A DNA stretch of 64,000 nucleotides, taken from Octopus bimaculoides. Taxonomy: Eukaryota. The notes beneath the pieces were generated by a model. The model saw only the letters and a list, made by a program, of their open reading frames with translations, was not told the DNA's origin and did no database searches. Location: the NCBI RefSeq assembly GCF_001194135.2, contig NC_068983.1:27074915-27138914 (forward strand), in the 5' to 3' direction. Positions 39,480 to 51,800 of this stretch are shown in pieces; position 1 is the stretch's first letter; each line of letters opens with the position of its first letter. Both the position numbers and the translations under genes were made by a program.

Positions 39480-39707
39480 AACTCTCTTTTACTCTTTTAC
39501 TTGTTTCAGTCATTTGACTGCCGCCATCCTGGAGCACCGTCTTTAGTCGAGCAAGTCGACCCCAGGGCTAATTCTTGGGAAGCCTAGTACTTATTCTATC
39601 GGTCTCTTTTGCGGAACCACGAGATTACGGGGACGTAAACACACCACCATCGGTTGTCAAGCGATGTTGGAGGGGTGGGTCAAACACAGACATAAATATA
39701 TACACGC

Positions 39708-39744
<37 letters not shown>

Positions 39745-39896
39745 GATACGACGGACGTCTTTCAGTTTCCGTCTACCAAATCCACTCACAAGGCTTTGGG
39801 TGACCCGAGTCTATAGTAGAAGACACTTGCCCAAGGTGCCACGCAGTGGGAATGAACCCGGAACCGTGTGGTTGGTAAGCAAGCTACTTACCACGC
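39480..39896 (-). mobile_element. CORE-like tRNA-derived SINE with internal (AT)n (probably an Octopus OR-type family)
   Basis: Minus head gtggtaagtagcttgcttaccaaccacacggttccgggttcattcccactgcgtggcaccttgggcaagtgtc (B box plus CORE-like domain), and 3' end aaacaagtaaaagagtaaaagag. Confidence 0.85.
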
Positions 39897-40620
39897 CAAA
39901 GCAATTTACAAAAAAATATCCTGAGAAAATGTCACTGAGAAACCGTTCACATCTACCGTGGACCTAGTAAGGCTCAATCATTGCCACTCAGATAGTAAAC
40001 AGTAACTTCGGTCATTAGTTTGTTCGTATGGTTTCTATCATTCTTCACTACAAAACAGCATTCCTTAGTATTCCCTTGAAATGCATGCTAGACACTTGAT
40101 AACGGCAGTGCATCTATAATCTTTTGCCTAAAATCAAGATACTTCCTTTCACTAGTGGAACTACCAAAGAAGAAAAGAAGGAAATATATAGGAAAGATTT
40201 CGACCGAACCACTGTCCATTTAGATATATCTGTGTAAGATTACTTATCTACATTCTATAAATATATGGAGTGCATTATGACGTTATTGAAATATGCTTCA
40301 GTATATATTTATTATTCAGTTCCATTCAAATATCCACTGCTGCAAAAATACTGGAGTATTCATAATGTGCACGAAAGTTGTTTCTTGAAAAATTGCTGTA
40401 CTGTTCCAATGGATACCGGCATAAACATCACGTAAGTGCACATTTAATTAGCCTTCATTCAATGAACAAAATATTCTCGATAAATCGCAGCCTATATGTA
40501 CATATACAGAACTGTTATGATTCCTATTTTTTGTCTCTCTAGTTCACTCTCATATGATCTCAGACTCTCATGGAATACAGAATTATGAGTCTGTATATCT
40601 ATGTACGTATGTATGCGCGC

Positions 40621-40658
<38 letters not shown>

Positions 40659-40779
40659 ACATTGCGGTGAATAAACTGTCGTCTAAATTAAGCAAATATG
40701 AAAATAACATTGACATCTCATTTTAACGCATATATTTACAAAAGATTACGTATAAATATATTGAAATACTAGGATAAAT

Positions 40780-41390
40780 GTATTCAAGAACAGCGCTATT
40801 GGCTTCAACCACGGCTTCCCGACGATTTCAAAATCTCCTGTAACTCTTCTGGGCGGTCTCTTTTTTTATGTTGGTGAATACTACCGTAATCCTTGCCCTC
40901 ATTTCATTTTGGTGTCACAAGGCGTGTTTTGGTCTCTCGCTCAATTCTGCCCCACACATAATAATCCCGGGTGAGTTACGTGGCCAGAGGTTAGGGGTGA
41001 TGTGGTCGAAGAAATTGTCTGACAGCTTTGGGTTCTCCTGCTTGTGTGGCATGATTCAGATATCTGTTGCCAGACATAAGGTCATCCATCCAGTGGCTAC
41101 CCTCTTGACCCAGGGGAGCACTTCCTCCTCCAGGCACTTTATGTAATCTTCCATGTTGAGTGTCAGGCCGTGTGGAAAGATGAATTAAGGCATAATGTCG
41201 CCATAACTAGTGATCACTCCAAGCGCCGTCATCTTGACCGAATGTTGAATTTTTATCACTCTGGGTATATGTCCTCAGATTGCACTCTCTTCAAATTGAC
41301 ACCCGAACACTCTGAAATGTTCCTATTGGAGCTTCCTGTGCGAATGCCAAACAGCACACTATGTTGTTTCTAAATTTCTGGGAGAGTGAA
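40780..41390 (-). mobile_element. maT (DD37D-type) Tc1/mariner transposase relic
   Basis: HSVKMTALGVITSYGDIMP.FIFPHGLTLNMEDYIKCLEEEVLPWVKRVA, LSDNFFDHITPNLWPRNSP, and EAVVEAN near the C-terminus. Confidence 0.85.
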
Positions 41391-41629
41391 TTACGTCACG
41401 ATGCTGTTTTTCTCATAGATGATGCCCACCTGCTTACCCTACTATACTGTGTAGTCGACAAAATCAAAAGCAAATGATGTGCATGCGCAAAATTAAAAAT
41501 ATACAATAGCGATAATTTACCCATCGCACACTGTGTGCTTATATATATATATATATATACATATATATTTATATATNNNNNNNNNNNNNNNNNNNNNNNN
41601 NNNNNNNNNNNNNNNNNNNNNNNNNNNNN

Positions 41630-41660
<31 letters not shown>

Positions 41661-42182
41661 CACAACACATATGCAGATATATACATACCCATACACACAC
41701 AAATACAAGCATATATGTGAAGATATATATATGTATCACTTTTTGATAAAAGTGAATGGGTTAGTTTGCTAAGTGGCGCTACTTATTAACGGAAGAACAA
41801 TGCTATAATTTCATTCAAACATTTCTATGAAGGATAAAAAAATATATAATGATATCACGCCGTAAATTTAATTATCATGCATAGAATTATAACACGTGAT
41901 ACAGCATAGATAAGCTGATGTAATAATTACCATTTCCCTATTTTTAATTAACACCATTGATGCTCGTGTCAAATAATTAACTGTCCGATTCTAAAATGTG
42001 CTAAAGAATATTTTCTAACTCTAGAGGAACAGTATTCTTCCTTCTGCTATTTTCTGATAAAATGATCGACTTAAACATTCACTGGAATGAAGCAAATATT
42101 TGAGATGTCACATAATATTTACGGTATTTTTGTTAATTTATCTAATTATTTATTTTTCATTTATTTTATTAAGACAAATTCT

Positions 42183-42483
42183 CATTTCTGTATTGCCCAC
42201 AAGGGGCTAAACATAGAGGGAACAAACAAGGACAGACGAGCGGATTGAGTCGATTACATCGACCCCAGTGCGTAACTGGTGCTTAATTTATCGACCCCGA
42301 AAGGATGAAAGGCAAAGTCGACCTCGGCGGAATTTGAACTCAGAACGTAACGGCAGACGAAATACCGCTAAGCATTTCGCCCGGCGTGCTAACGATTCTG
42401 CCAGCTCGCCGCCTTCAAAAGATAAAGGAAATGCCGCTAAGCGTTTCGGCCCGGCGTGCTAACGTTTCTGCCAGCTCGCCGCC
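42183..42483 (-). mobile_element. Well-preserved tRNA-derived SINE (tail type A) with a duplicated 5' head and 17-bp TSD
   Basis: TSD TTATTAAGACAAATTCT at 42166-42182 and 42484-42500. Full copy 42183-42413, spacer 42414-42428, second head 42429-42483. Confidence 0.92.
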
Positions 42484-42639
42484 TTATTAAGACAAATTCT
42501 TCCAAAGAGAAGTACTTGAAATTCATTGAGAATGCTGAATTGTCCGGGATGTTTATATTGAGATTAGCTAAAACGTGAAGAATGGTTCAACAAATATAAA
42601 GTTGGTGATATGTGTTCGAAACCAGCCGATGAAAAGCTA

Positions 42640-43340
42640 AATTGTACAAGAATGGTGATGTATAGAAGTGGTGAGAAGTTATGAAGTAAAACCCCAGCAT
42701 CTGGATAATTGCTTTTGGTATATCCCTGTGAACGTAAATGCATGCTGAAACCAGTTCCCAAAGACAGCTCAGAAACCGAGTGCATGCATTCCTCACTGTC
42801 TCCCTAGGAAGACCGAACATCGTTTGAGCTTTATCACCATCTCGACTTTGGTGTTACAGGCAGAGTAATTAATGTCTTTCCCAGCGGAGTTCCACACATA
42901 GTAACTCATGGGTCTACAATCTGAGGAATTGGGAGTATAGAAATTATGGTTTGGCAAGTCACATAAATACACCGACAGCTGGAGCTGAATTTATCCTCAG
43001 GTATGGCAAGGATTTGAAACCTGTACCTATACATGTCGTTGCAATAGCAACCGTCTCCCATTAGACATTGACCATTCACTTCCCTCCAGCTTCACACAGA
43101 CGTCTGAGTTGAGCCTAAGTCTCTGATCAAAGACGTGGGGATGAATTCGGTCTCGCGGATATAGGCATAAAGCTTGGCGAACGTAGTCTTCTCCACGGTT
43201 CTTTGCATTTCGATGAAGATTAGTCAGTTGCGAAACCAAACCAAAGGATATTCCAAAAAGCCTTGATGTGCATCGTGGCTTCGTCGTAAGCAACAGCGTT
43301 CGTTGAATTGTGTCAATCGGAGGTGCAGATATGGCATCTT
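42640..43340 (-). mobile_element. Second maT-like transposase relic (explains ORF 43027-43440)
   Basis: HPHVFDQRLRLNSDVCVKL, QVSNPCHT (QDSAPCHT-like), PNSSDCRPMSYYVWN (PNSPDCNPLDYYVW-like) and LPRETVRNACTRF. Confidence 0.8.
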
Positions 43341-44188
43341 TACGGTAGTGTAATTTGGTGGTTCTCTGTTTTTGTGTCTGTGTATGTGTCTGAGTGTGTT
43401 TGACTGCATCTATTTGTCTGTCGTACACTCGTGAAGACACTCACCACCACAAACACATTCATACACACACATATGTATTCATATGACAACAAGCATACGC
43501 ACACGCGTGTAAATATATACTCGTCCCTGTGTGTTTATTTCTGTGTATGTGTGTGCCTGTATCTGTGTGTATGTGGTTGTGTGTGTGTGTACATGCACAC
43601 ATAGAGCTCGAGAAAGAGTATGATGTTTCAAATGTATTAGAAACGTCATTATTATCTAATCTAAAACGCATATATATGTATTTCCCTTCCCTTTCAAAAC
43701 GAAGAAGATCCTTTAATACAGGCATTAGAAATAAATCTTAATATCACTTAACTCCGGGAAACAAAATTTTATAGTACAGTACGTAATGTAATAATTTTCA
43801 AATGTAATCTTTCAGTATTGTACACGTATAACAAATTATATCAGCCAATCAACGCAAAAATGAAAACAGCTTTTAAAAAAGTTCATTATACTTTTCCTTT
43901 CATAACGCTCAGATTTAATCAGACGAATGCCACATAATAAAGCAACTAAAACTTCCTGATACTTTTGCACGTAGCGGAAAATGCTTACAGTCATTGGCGA
44001 CGTGTCGAAACTTGTAATTGATTAATCAAATTGTTTAAAGGCGGGTTTATTTCGTTTGACTTTTGATTTTCTTGTGTGTTAAACCATATACAGTTTTACA
44101 TTCACTGTTGAGTCTTTCAATAGTCATAGTCATTCCAAATTTGTCACAATTTAAAATAATATTAGACAAAGAGAATATAATTGATAGA

Positions 44189-44326
44189 GAAGAAGAAGAA
44201 GAAGAAGAAGAAGAAGAAGAAGAAGAAGAAGAAGAAGAAGAAGAAGAAGAAGAAGAAGAAGAAGAAGAAGAAGAAGAAGAAGAAGAAGAAGAAGAAGAAG
44301 AAGAAGAAGAAGAAGAAGAAGAAGAA
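44189..44326. repeat. (GAA)n microsatellite, about 46 units
   Basis: Directly visible. It is the source of the poly-E/S/F ORFs. Confidence 0.98.
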
Positions 44327-44339
44327 AACGAGCAACAAC

Positions 44340-46020
44340 AAATAAAAGGCAGTGAAATGTATGATAACATCACAGTTACTGTCCATTACTTTTGCCCAAA
44401 TTTTGTTCCAGATTTCAAGTATTTCTTGCTCCGATGAGACTTTTCCTTTGATGGTGCATTTCAGTGTATCAATAGAATTTCTTGGGTTTATCTAAAATAT
44501 ACTTTTAACTTTGAAGAAATTAGGTTCTTTTTCGAAGCGGTGTATGCGCACAGCTTTGGCCTGCATTTTTGTTTTATCTTCTCTATTATCTCAGTTAATT
44601 GTTGCCCATTGTTTCTCAATGTATTTCGCTTTTACACAATTTGTATTTCTGGATTACTATATCACATCGGATTGCATCGATTCGTTTCGCTATATACATT
44701 TTTGGCTTGTTTTGCAACTTGGTCCTTTTCAGATTCATGCCACACATTTTGGCGAAGACTGTAGCAGCAGTAAAGCGTAATTCATTCAAGGATGTGATGT
44801 ATATTTTGTTTTCGTCTGTTATGAATTTAAGGGCCGAATTCACCTGAAAAATTATTTTGTCAGTTTTGTTTACTATTTCGGATCGTTGGAAGGTCATTGC
44901 GTTCCGTCGTGTCTATCATACTAAATTTGGAGAGGAAAGAAACCTAACATAAGATCGAACATAAATACTAACTAAATTGCAAATGTTCGAAGAAATATTA
45001 AACGGAAACTGTTGACATATTAAAATTGACCAAATTAAGGTAAATGTAGTTGTGTCAGTGCACTTGTCTTCATATCAAAATTATTCATTTCCGACGAATT
45101 GTTGTTAATCTCATTAGTTTTTTTCATCTCCCACGGTTTGAACTCCAGGGAGAATATATAAGTTCTTTCTCCTTGTGTCTATGCAGTGTTGCTTACTTCT
45201 TGTAAAGGTTTTCCGGCCTCGAATCTGACATAGTTTTGGTCTGTTAATTTGCGAGTCTTAGAGGCTGGATTCTTTCTCAAATCTGATTGGACAGTTTCCT
45301 TTATTTAGTCAATCTTAATATCCATCAACATTTTCTGTATTATATATCTTGGAACATTCACGATTTCCTTAGTTTATGTTTAGTCTTATCTTAGGATTAT
45401 TTTCTCTCTGAATTTCGTATATCAGTGCTTAGAACTTCTGATGAATATCAATACGTGGGTGTGTATTAACCCTGAGTGATCTATTTATTGCCCTTCCCGG
45501 ACCACTCTTGTATTTTAATTTGATTCGTACCTAGGGGTTTTGGACATGGAAGATTCTCAGAAGGACTTATATTGTTTTGAGAGACCTCCAGGCTCATATT
45601 TTGGGGACGGATTGAACTAGTAGAAAACGTTTCGACCGCTGTCTGGCTTTTCTGAAAGTAGCGCGGTCCATGTTCAACCGGGTGACGACTAATCTGGTAT
45701 ACATTCTCCTTTCATATCATTAAGATTTGTTGTTTGTGAGTAAGGCTCCTCGCAGACCGGATTTTTAATATGACGCCATCTCTAGATAGGGTGTTTATTG
45801 TGGGTCAAAGATGCCTCTTTACACGTAGCGTAAGTAGGCCATAACACGCTGGACGCCAGACCAATAATTTGCTCTGTAAGAGATTTCTATCAGACTTCCT
45901 GTGTGTCCTAGACATTTTCCATCTTAACGGCTTTGTGAAACGCGACGGGATACCCATCTATTCCTATTATTATCGGGTTTTGGGGAAGACCTATCGCCTG
46001 AAAGATAATTCCCGTCGGTA
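44340..46020 (-). mobile_element. 5' portion (putative 5' UTR plus N-terminal ORF) of an R4/Dong-like LINE
   Basis: The minus strand gives KEWSGKGNK and RNNPKIRLNI (RxKWT..RNP-like), LNELRFTAATVFAKMCGM..KPKMYIAKRIDAIRCDI (ORF 44616-44897), QAKAVRIHRFEK and PSKE. The upstream end abuts (AAT)n at 46021-46087. Continuity of the UTR with the ORF is inferred. Confidence 0.7.
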
Positions 46021-46021
46021 T

Positions 46022-46088
<67 letters not shown>

Positions 46089-46708
46089 GCACTTCGACAC
46101 CTGATGCGTGGTGAAAGTGTACCTCTTCACACAAAGTCGATTTGATGGAGGATGTGATCTAATGTATTGCACATGCATTTGATCACTATAAACAAATTAT
46201 TTGTGCCGGCCGTTCGGCAAAAGCTGAATGTTCTCACATAGTCTTCGGCGGGAGAGGCCATCACGTATATATAACATAGAGTTTATAGTACAGGGCTTGC
46301 TACCCTAAGATCTTTGATTCGCTTTCTGGGGTTGATGTCGTCTTTTCCCGTTCAGCAAAGTGCTTTCTTTCACGTTGCTCCAGTCCATATAGATGAATAT
46401 GAATAACGCGTTGGCTTAGATGAGGTGATCGTGCTAAGAATTTGTACCAGTAGCACAGCCGGATTCTAGTCCAGCTGTTATTCATTCTCAGCTGCATTTA
46501 CCGAGCTATGTGATATGGAACGCTTTGTTGAAAGGATTACAGAAATCGAACACGCGAACATATCATAACGAACCCGATACTATGACCGCCATAACATAAA
46601 CATGAATGTATATCCGTACACAAATATCTATCTCAATTTATCTTTCTATCTATTTCTCTCATTCTCTCTCTTTCTCTCCCTCTCTCTATCTCTCTCTCTC
46701 TCTCTCTC

Positions 46709-46751
<43 letters not shown>

Positions 46752-46772
46752 TTTTCAAGGCAATGAACTACA

Positions 46773-46828
<56 letters not shown>

Positions 46829-47769
46829 ATATATGTTTCTATACATTTGACAGCTAGAGTCAATATAAACTGGAATTAAAATTTCATTTCCACTTATTTA
46901 TAGACATGGTTGCATCAAATGAGTTTCAATATTGATTCGTTCTCCTTTATTTCTGTCTGACATCAATTTTATATTAAATTAGCTGCTGTCAAATCATCTG
47001 CAAAACCAAGCAGAATATTGGAATAAAAGTTACTGTAATATTATGTTACTACATAATATGTGAAAATTCACATCCTGAAACATGACAGTGATGCTCGTGG
47101 TCCTATTGTTATATTCAATAAATAGCCAAAAGGACGCATTTTTTAATAGCATATACTATGTTGTAAAATATGTAAGGTATTTTCGCTTTTGTTTTTCGCT
47201 TTTTGCTTTTCATGAATATTTTATTGCAGTATAATAGCGTGGGTGGTTAGTAAAATTTACTAGGGCGTCGAACAAAATAATTAGTTACGATTGTTTACGT
47301 TCTGAGTTCAGATAGCACTGAGGTCAATTTATGTTTAAGCTTTCCGTGTTCGGAACAATATATGTTCATAGCCATGTACTGATGAAAACTATACCGTGTT
47401 TACAAATATATATTTGAAAAGTTTTTTCCAAATTAAAATATAGCTGTAGTTTCATGTTTTATTGATCAAGTGGTATATGTACAACGTTATATAAATATAT
47501 GGTGCTTAAATATAGATCGAGTCTATGTAAATGTTTGAGCAGAGAGCTGGACTTTGTGTACATACGTATAAATTACATTTGTACANNNNNNNNNNTATAT
47601 ATATATAAAGAGACAGTGAGAGAGATTAGAGGATAGATTTATGTTTATAAGAAAAAGTATATATAATAACCGATAACTTTATCAAAAAATGCCATGAGGA
47701 TAAAAAATAAACCTTCTTTTCTATAATGTTATTCAATAAAGCCACTTTCAGCATTAACAACTGCTTCTA

Positions 47770-47890
47770 TATGAAATCTAAATCATCTACATGCTCGAAT
47801 CATGTGGTCCTGGTGTATTTGGAACATTTCTCTGACTATGGTAGCTGTCAAAGTATCTTTGGTGTTCATTGATCTCTCTGAACAACGCTT
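47770..47890 (-). mobile_element. Third maT-like fragment (C-terminus)
   Basis: RSMNTKDTLTATIVREMFQIHQDHMIRACR, resembling HNTKDSLKAAI....KDHLIRAC. Confidence 0.65.
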
Positions 47891-47894
47891 CACC

Positions 47895-48013
47895 AAAGTA
47901 CCAGTTACGCACTGGGGTCCATGTAATCGACTTAATCAGTTTGTCTGACCTTGTTGGTTCCTCTGTGTGTAGTCCCGTGTAGTCCCTCCGTGTGTAGCCC
48001 CAGTAAAGAAATA
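47895..48013 (+). mobile_element. SINE 3' fragment, tail type A
   Basis: aagtaccagttacgcactggggtccatgtaatcgacttaatc...gtgtgtagccccagtaaagaaataa. Confidence 0.85.
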
Positions 48014-48449
48014 AGAGACAGTTGTTAAAGCTGAAGACGGTGTATTGAATAACGTTATTAATTAAAAGAGACAGATATCTATATGTGATAAAATGCAGCA
48101 TCAATACATGCTTAGTTGTAAAATACTAATTTCTCACTGAAATACTTCGAAATTATAATACACCATTTTCCGTTACCTAGAAGTTTAGTTTCATTGCCAT
48201 TGATAATACACCATTATACTATAAGAAAATATTAAATAACAGTTCAATACAATCGTTATAATTATAGCAGTGTTTATCAAACTTTGTTTAATGTTAAACA
48301 AGGATAGAAGGAAATAAACAGTTGTAATAAACATCACTTCTCATTGTGAATGAGTGGTTTATCATTAACTGCTACATTGTACCTACCGCGCACTATTCTG
48401 TTTCCACTATAGACCCATGATAATTGTTGATGTGTATCATATAATATTA

Positions 48450-48868
48450 GTTTCAAATTTTGAATCGGGGCCAGTAATTTGGGGGAAGCAGGCTAATCAA
48501 TTAGACCGACCCGAGTGCTCAACAGGTACTTATTATAGCGACCCTGAAAGAATGAAAGGCAAAAGCAAACTCGACTGGACTTGAACTCTGTACGTAATGA
48601 CTGATGGAATGCTGCTAGGCATTTTGCAAAGTGTACTAACGATTCTGGCAGCTCACCCCCATATTATACATTATTGGTTTCAAATTGTGGCACTAATCCT
48701 GCAAGTTGTGGAGAAGTGGTAAATCCGTACGATCGATTCCAGTCCTCAGCTGGTACTTTTTTATCGACCCCCAAACGAGGAAAGGTAATGTCGATCTTGG
48801 TGACATGTAAACTCAGAACGAAAGGTCACTAAGCTGTTTGACCTGCGTGTTAACGATTCTACCAGCAC
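48450..48868 (-). mobile_element. Two tandem degenerate SINE copies, tail type B
   Basis: Two units (~48450-48660 and ~48677-48868), each running on the plus strand from gtttcaaatt through cgacccc..aaagg.aa to aacgattct..cagc. Confidence 0.75.
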
Positions 48869-51800
48869 TATGCTTTGTCATATTATATAATATTATTAAT
48901 ATGAAATTACTAATAGAATCGAGAAATCAGATCTTATGAAATTTTTATAACATTGTATGTAGTATCTTTTTGCAAATAAGGTAAACGTATATGTGTAATA
49001 ACATTTGTGTATTAATGCCGTTTAAGTCTTCATACTTATTTCTCTTTAATGGAATTTCAAATAAACGGACAACTTTTGGAGATTATATCAAACAATTGTC
49101 TATTGGAAAGTGAGAAATGTCAGTGAAATTATATGGCATCCATGACAGCTGGAAGTTCCCTTTCACGCAAGTTTGGAAACAGACTAGACTTAGCCTATGC
49201 CCTCTATGTTTAATCAAGTGCAATATCGCTATTACTTAGAACTTACTAAGGGCGATATCTTATTTATGCAAATACATAACGAAGATGACATATCTCATTG
49301 AAATATACAAAAGACACGTCTATACAAACACCTACACACGTATATACATAAGTATATATATCATATATATATTTATATATACATAAATATACATATGCAT
49401 ACATATATACAAACATGTATAGATAGGTAGGTAGTTAGGTATGTATGTATGTATGTATGTATGTATGTAGGTAGGTAGGTAGGTAGGTAGGTAGGCAGGT
49501 AGGTAGGCAGGTAGGTAGGTAGGTAAGCAGGGAGGTAGGTAAGCAGGGAGGTAGGTAGTATATGTGTATGTATGAATATAGGTATGTATGCATGTATGTG
49601 GGCATGTCTATCATACAATTTTTCTACTGCTGTACTGGTTTTAAGAGATAGAAAATCCTATTTCCGTTTTGAGTATGCGATTATGTATCATCCAGAAAAT
49701 TGAGACTTTTAATAGATTCCATTAGAATCAAATATCATGAAACCTTAAATATATATACACGGGACACTTTCAATAGCTATATTATTAAGACGACTGCTGC
49801 GATAATAAATTCTGAGGGATGAGTATTCAGTTGAAAGAAACGTATTAGTTGAGGAATGTTATCAACAGTGAGCCGCTATTATAGAAGTTGTAACCAATTT
49901 ATAAGCAGATCTTCTTTGACGAAATTCTTCTGATTTGATGTTCGAAAAATTTGAATTGGTAAAAGTTTTGCGTTAGCGATTTTATGAGTAATAGATAAAC
50001 CTATATGCTGTGATAGGATGCATGGCAGTTAAAATCCATTAAGATCAAAGTTCCTTTGTTCAGCTAACTAATTAGTGTTTACAGTTTGCGATAAACTTAT
50101 TATCTTGGTTCAAATATAGGTAGATATAACACATTGTATTTTCAACCATGCGCATTTATATATACATTACATACAAATTCATATTCATTCGTGAATGTAT
50201 GAGTGCGTTTGACACCATTCGTCAAAATATTTATACGATGTTAAAAGCTAGAAGAAAGGTATTCGTAGCGAAAGAACGAATACGTTCCAAAATCTGAAAT
50301 TTAATTTTGCTCCTATGATTATGTCCTATGAACTAAATGCTAGAGTAATATACTTGAGAAGATAGACTTCAAAATATCGAGGGAAAACAGAACATTAGAA
50401 AGATACAATGAAAGGCCATCAATTAAGCATTAAACACTTAATCTCTGGTTTCCGCACACACACAAGCAAAGGCATACTAATATATTTATCCATACTCTTT
50501 CATGCATACAAGCATTTTTGATGATTACACACATATAATACATGATTACTTAGTTTATGTGCTTATATCTACATTCTAGCCTTTCTACATACTCCTTTTT
50601 CTTTCTCTCACTTTTGTACTCCTAGCCTTTCTCCTCCCCTTTCATCCTTTTCGTTTTATTCCCTGTCGCTCCCTTTCCTTGCTGTCTCCCTCCTCTGCCT
50701 ACTGCTGCCACGTGACCAGTGGTCAGTTCTTTATTTCTTTATTCTTGTCACCTTGGCCATTTTGGTCCTCGTTCACCGTTCGAAATCAGACTGTGTCGTT
50801 TTGCTTGTTTTCTTTTGTTTGCTCTTTTTCCTAGTTCTCTGCAAGAAAACTTCTTTTGCTGGTACTGCTAATTGGAAAACACTCAGTCTTATCGTTAAAG
50901 GTGCGAAACTGTATATCACTAAATGGTCGATAACTGATGAAGAATTACGAACCTCCTGTTTGTCTCCTGTTCGTTTATTACATTCAGTATAAGTTATGTC
51001 GGTTGTTTATACATGTTTTCATTTATCAAGTAATGGAACGCAACACACACCGAATTTGTATTAACAAGTGAGTTATGTATATATATATATATNNNNNNNN
51101 NNNNNNNNNNNNNNNNNNNNNNNNNNNNNNNNNNNNNNNNNNNNNNNNNNNNNNNNNNNNNNNNNNNNNNNNNNNNNNNNNNNNNNNNNNNNNNNNNNNN
51201 NNNNNNNNNNNNNNNNNNNNNNNNNNNNNNNNNNNNNNNNNNNNNNNNNNNNNNNNNNNNNNNNNNNNNNNNNNNNNNNNNNNNNNNNNNNNNNNNNNNN
51301 NNNNNNNNNNNNNNNNNNNNNNNNNNNNNNNNNNNNNNNNNNNNNNNNNNNNNNNNNNNNNNNNNNNNNNNNNNNNNNNNNNNNNNNNNNNNNNNNNNNN
51401 NNNNNNNNNNNNNNNNNNNNNNNNNNNNNNNNNNNNNNNNNNNNNNNNNNNNNNNNNNNNNNNNNNNNNNNNNNNNNNNNNNNNNNNNNNNNNNNNNNNN
51501 NNNNNNNNNNNNNNNNNNNNNNNNNNNNNNNNNNNNNNNNNNNNNNNNNNNNNNNNNNNNNNNNNNNNNNNNNNNNNNNNNNNNNNNNNNNNNNNNNNNN
51601 NNNNNNNNNNNNNNNNNNNNNNNNNNNNNNNNNNNNNNNNNNNNNNNNNNNNNNAAAATGCAAAAATGGGACAAGAACATGAAACATCCAGACAGACGAT
51701 AAGAGAAAAACAAGATAGAATTATTCGGAGTTTTCTATCCTCAGTCGAGTTCCACATTATTTTTGCAATTTCGGCTGGTAATACTCGAGATTGCTCCAAT

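Noticed and set aside
43027-43440. 137-aa minus-strand ORF as a novel gene
   Set aside because: It contains maT transposase motifs (HVFDQRLRLNSD) collinear with neighbouring frameshifted transposase pieces.
46090-46122. Hammerhead-like ctgatg...gaaagtg
   Set aside because: The core reads CUGAUGC (no A9), and stems I and II cannot form.
47787-48104. 105-aa minus-strand ORF
   Set aside because: It is chimeric read-through across an antisense SINE tail and an off-frame maT fragment.
50935-50960. ctgatgaagaattacgaacc as a hammerhead or Penelope end
   Set aside because: There is no GAAA box and no pairable stem II. At most it is an unrecognisable relic.
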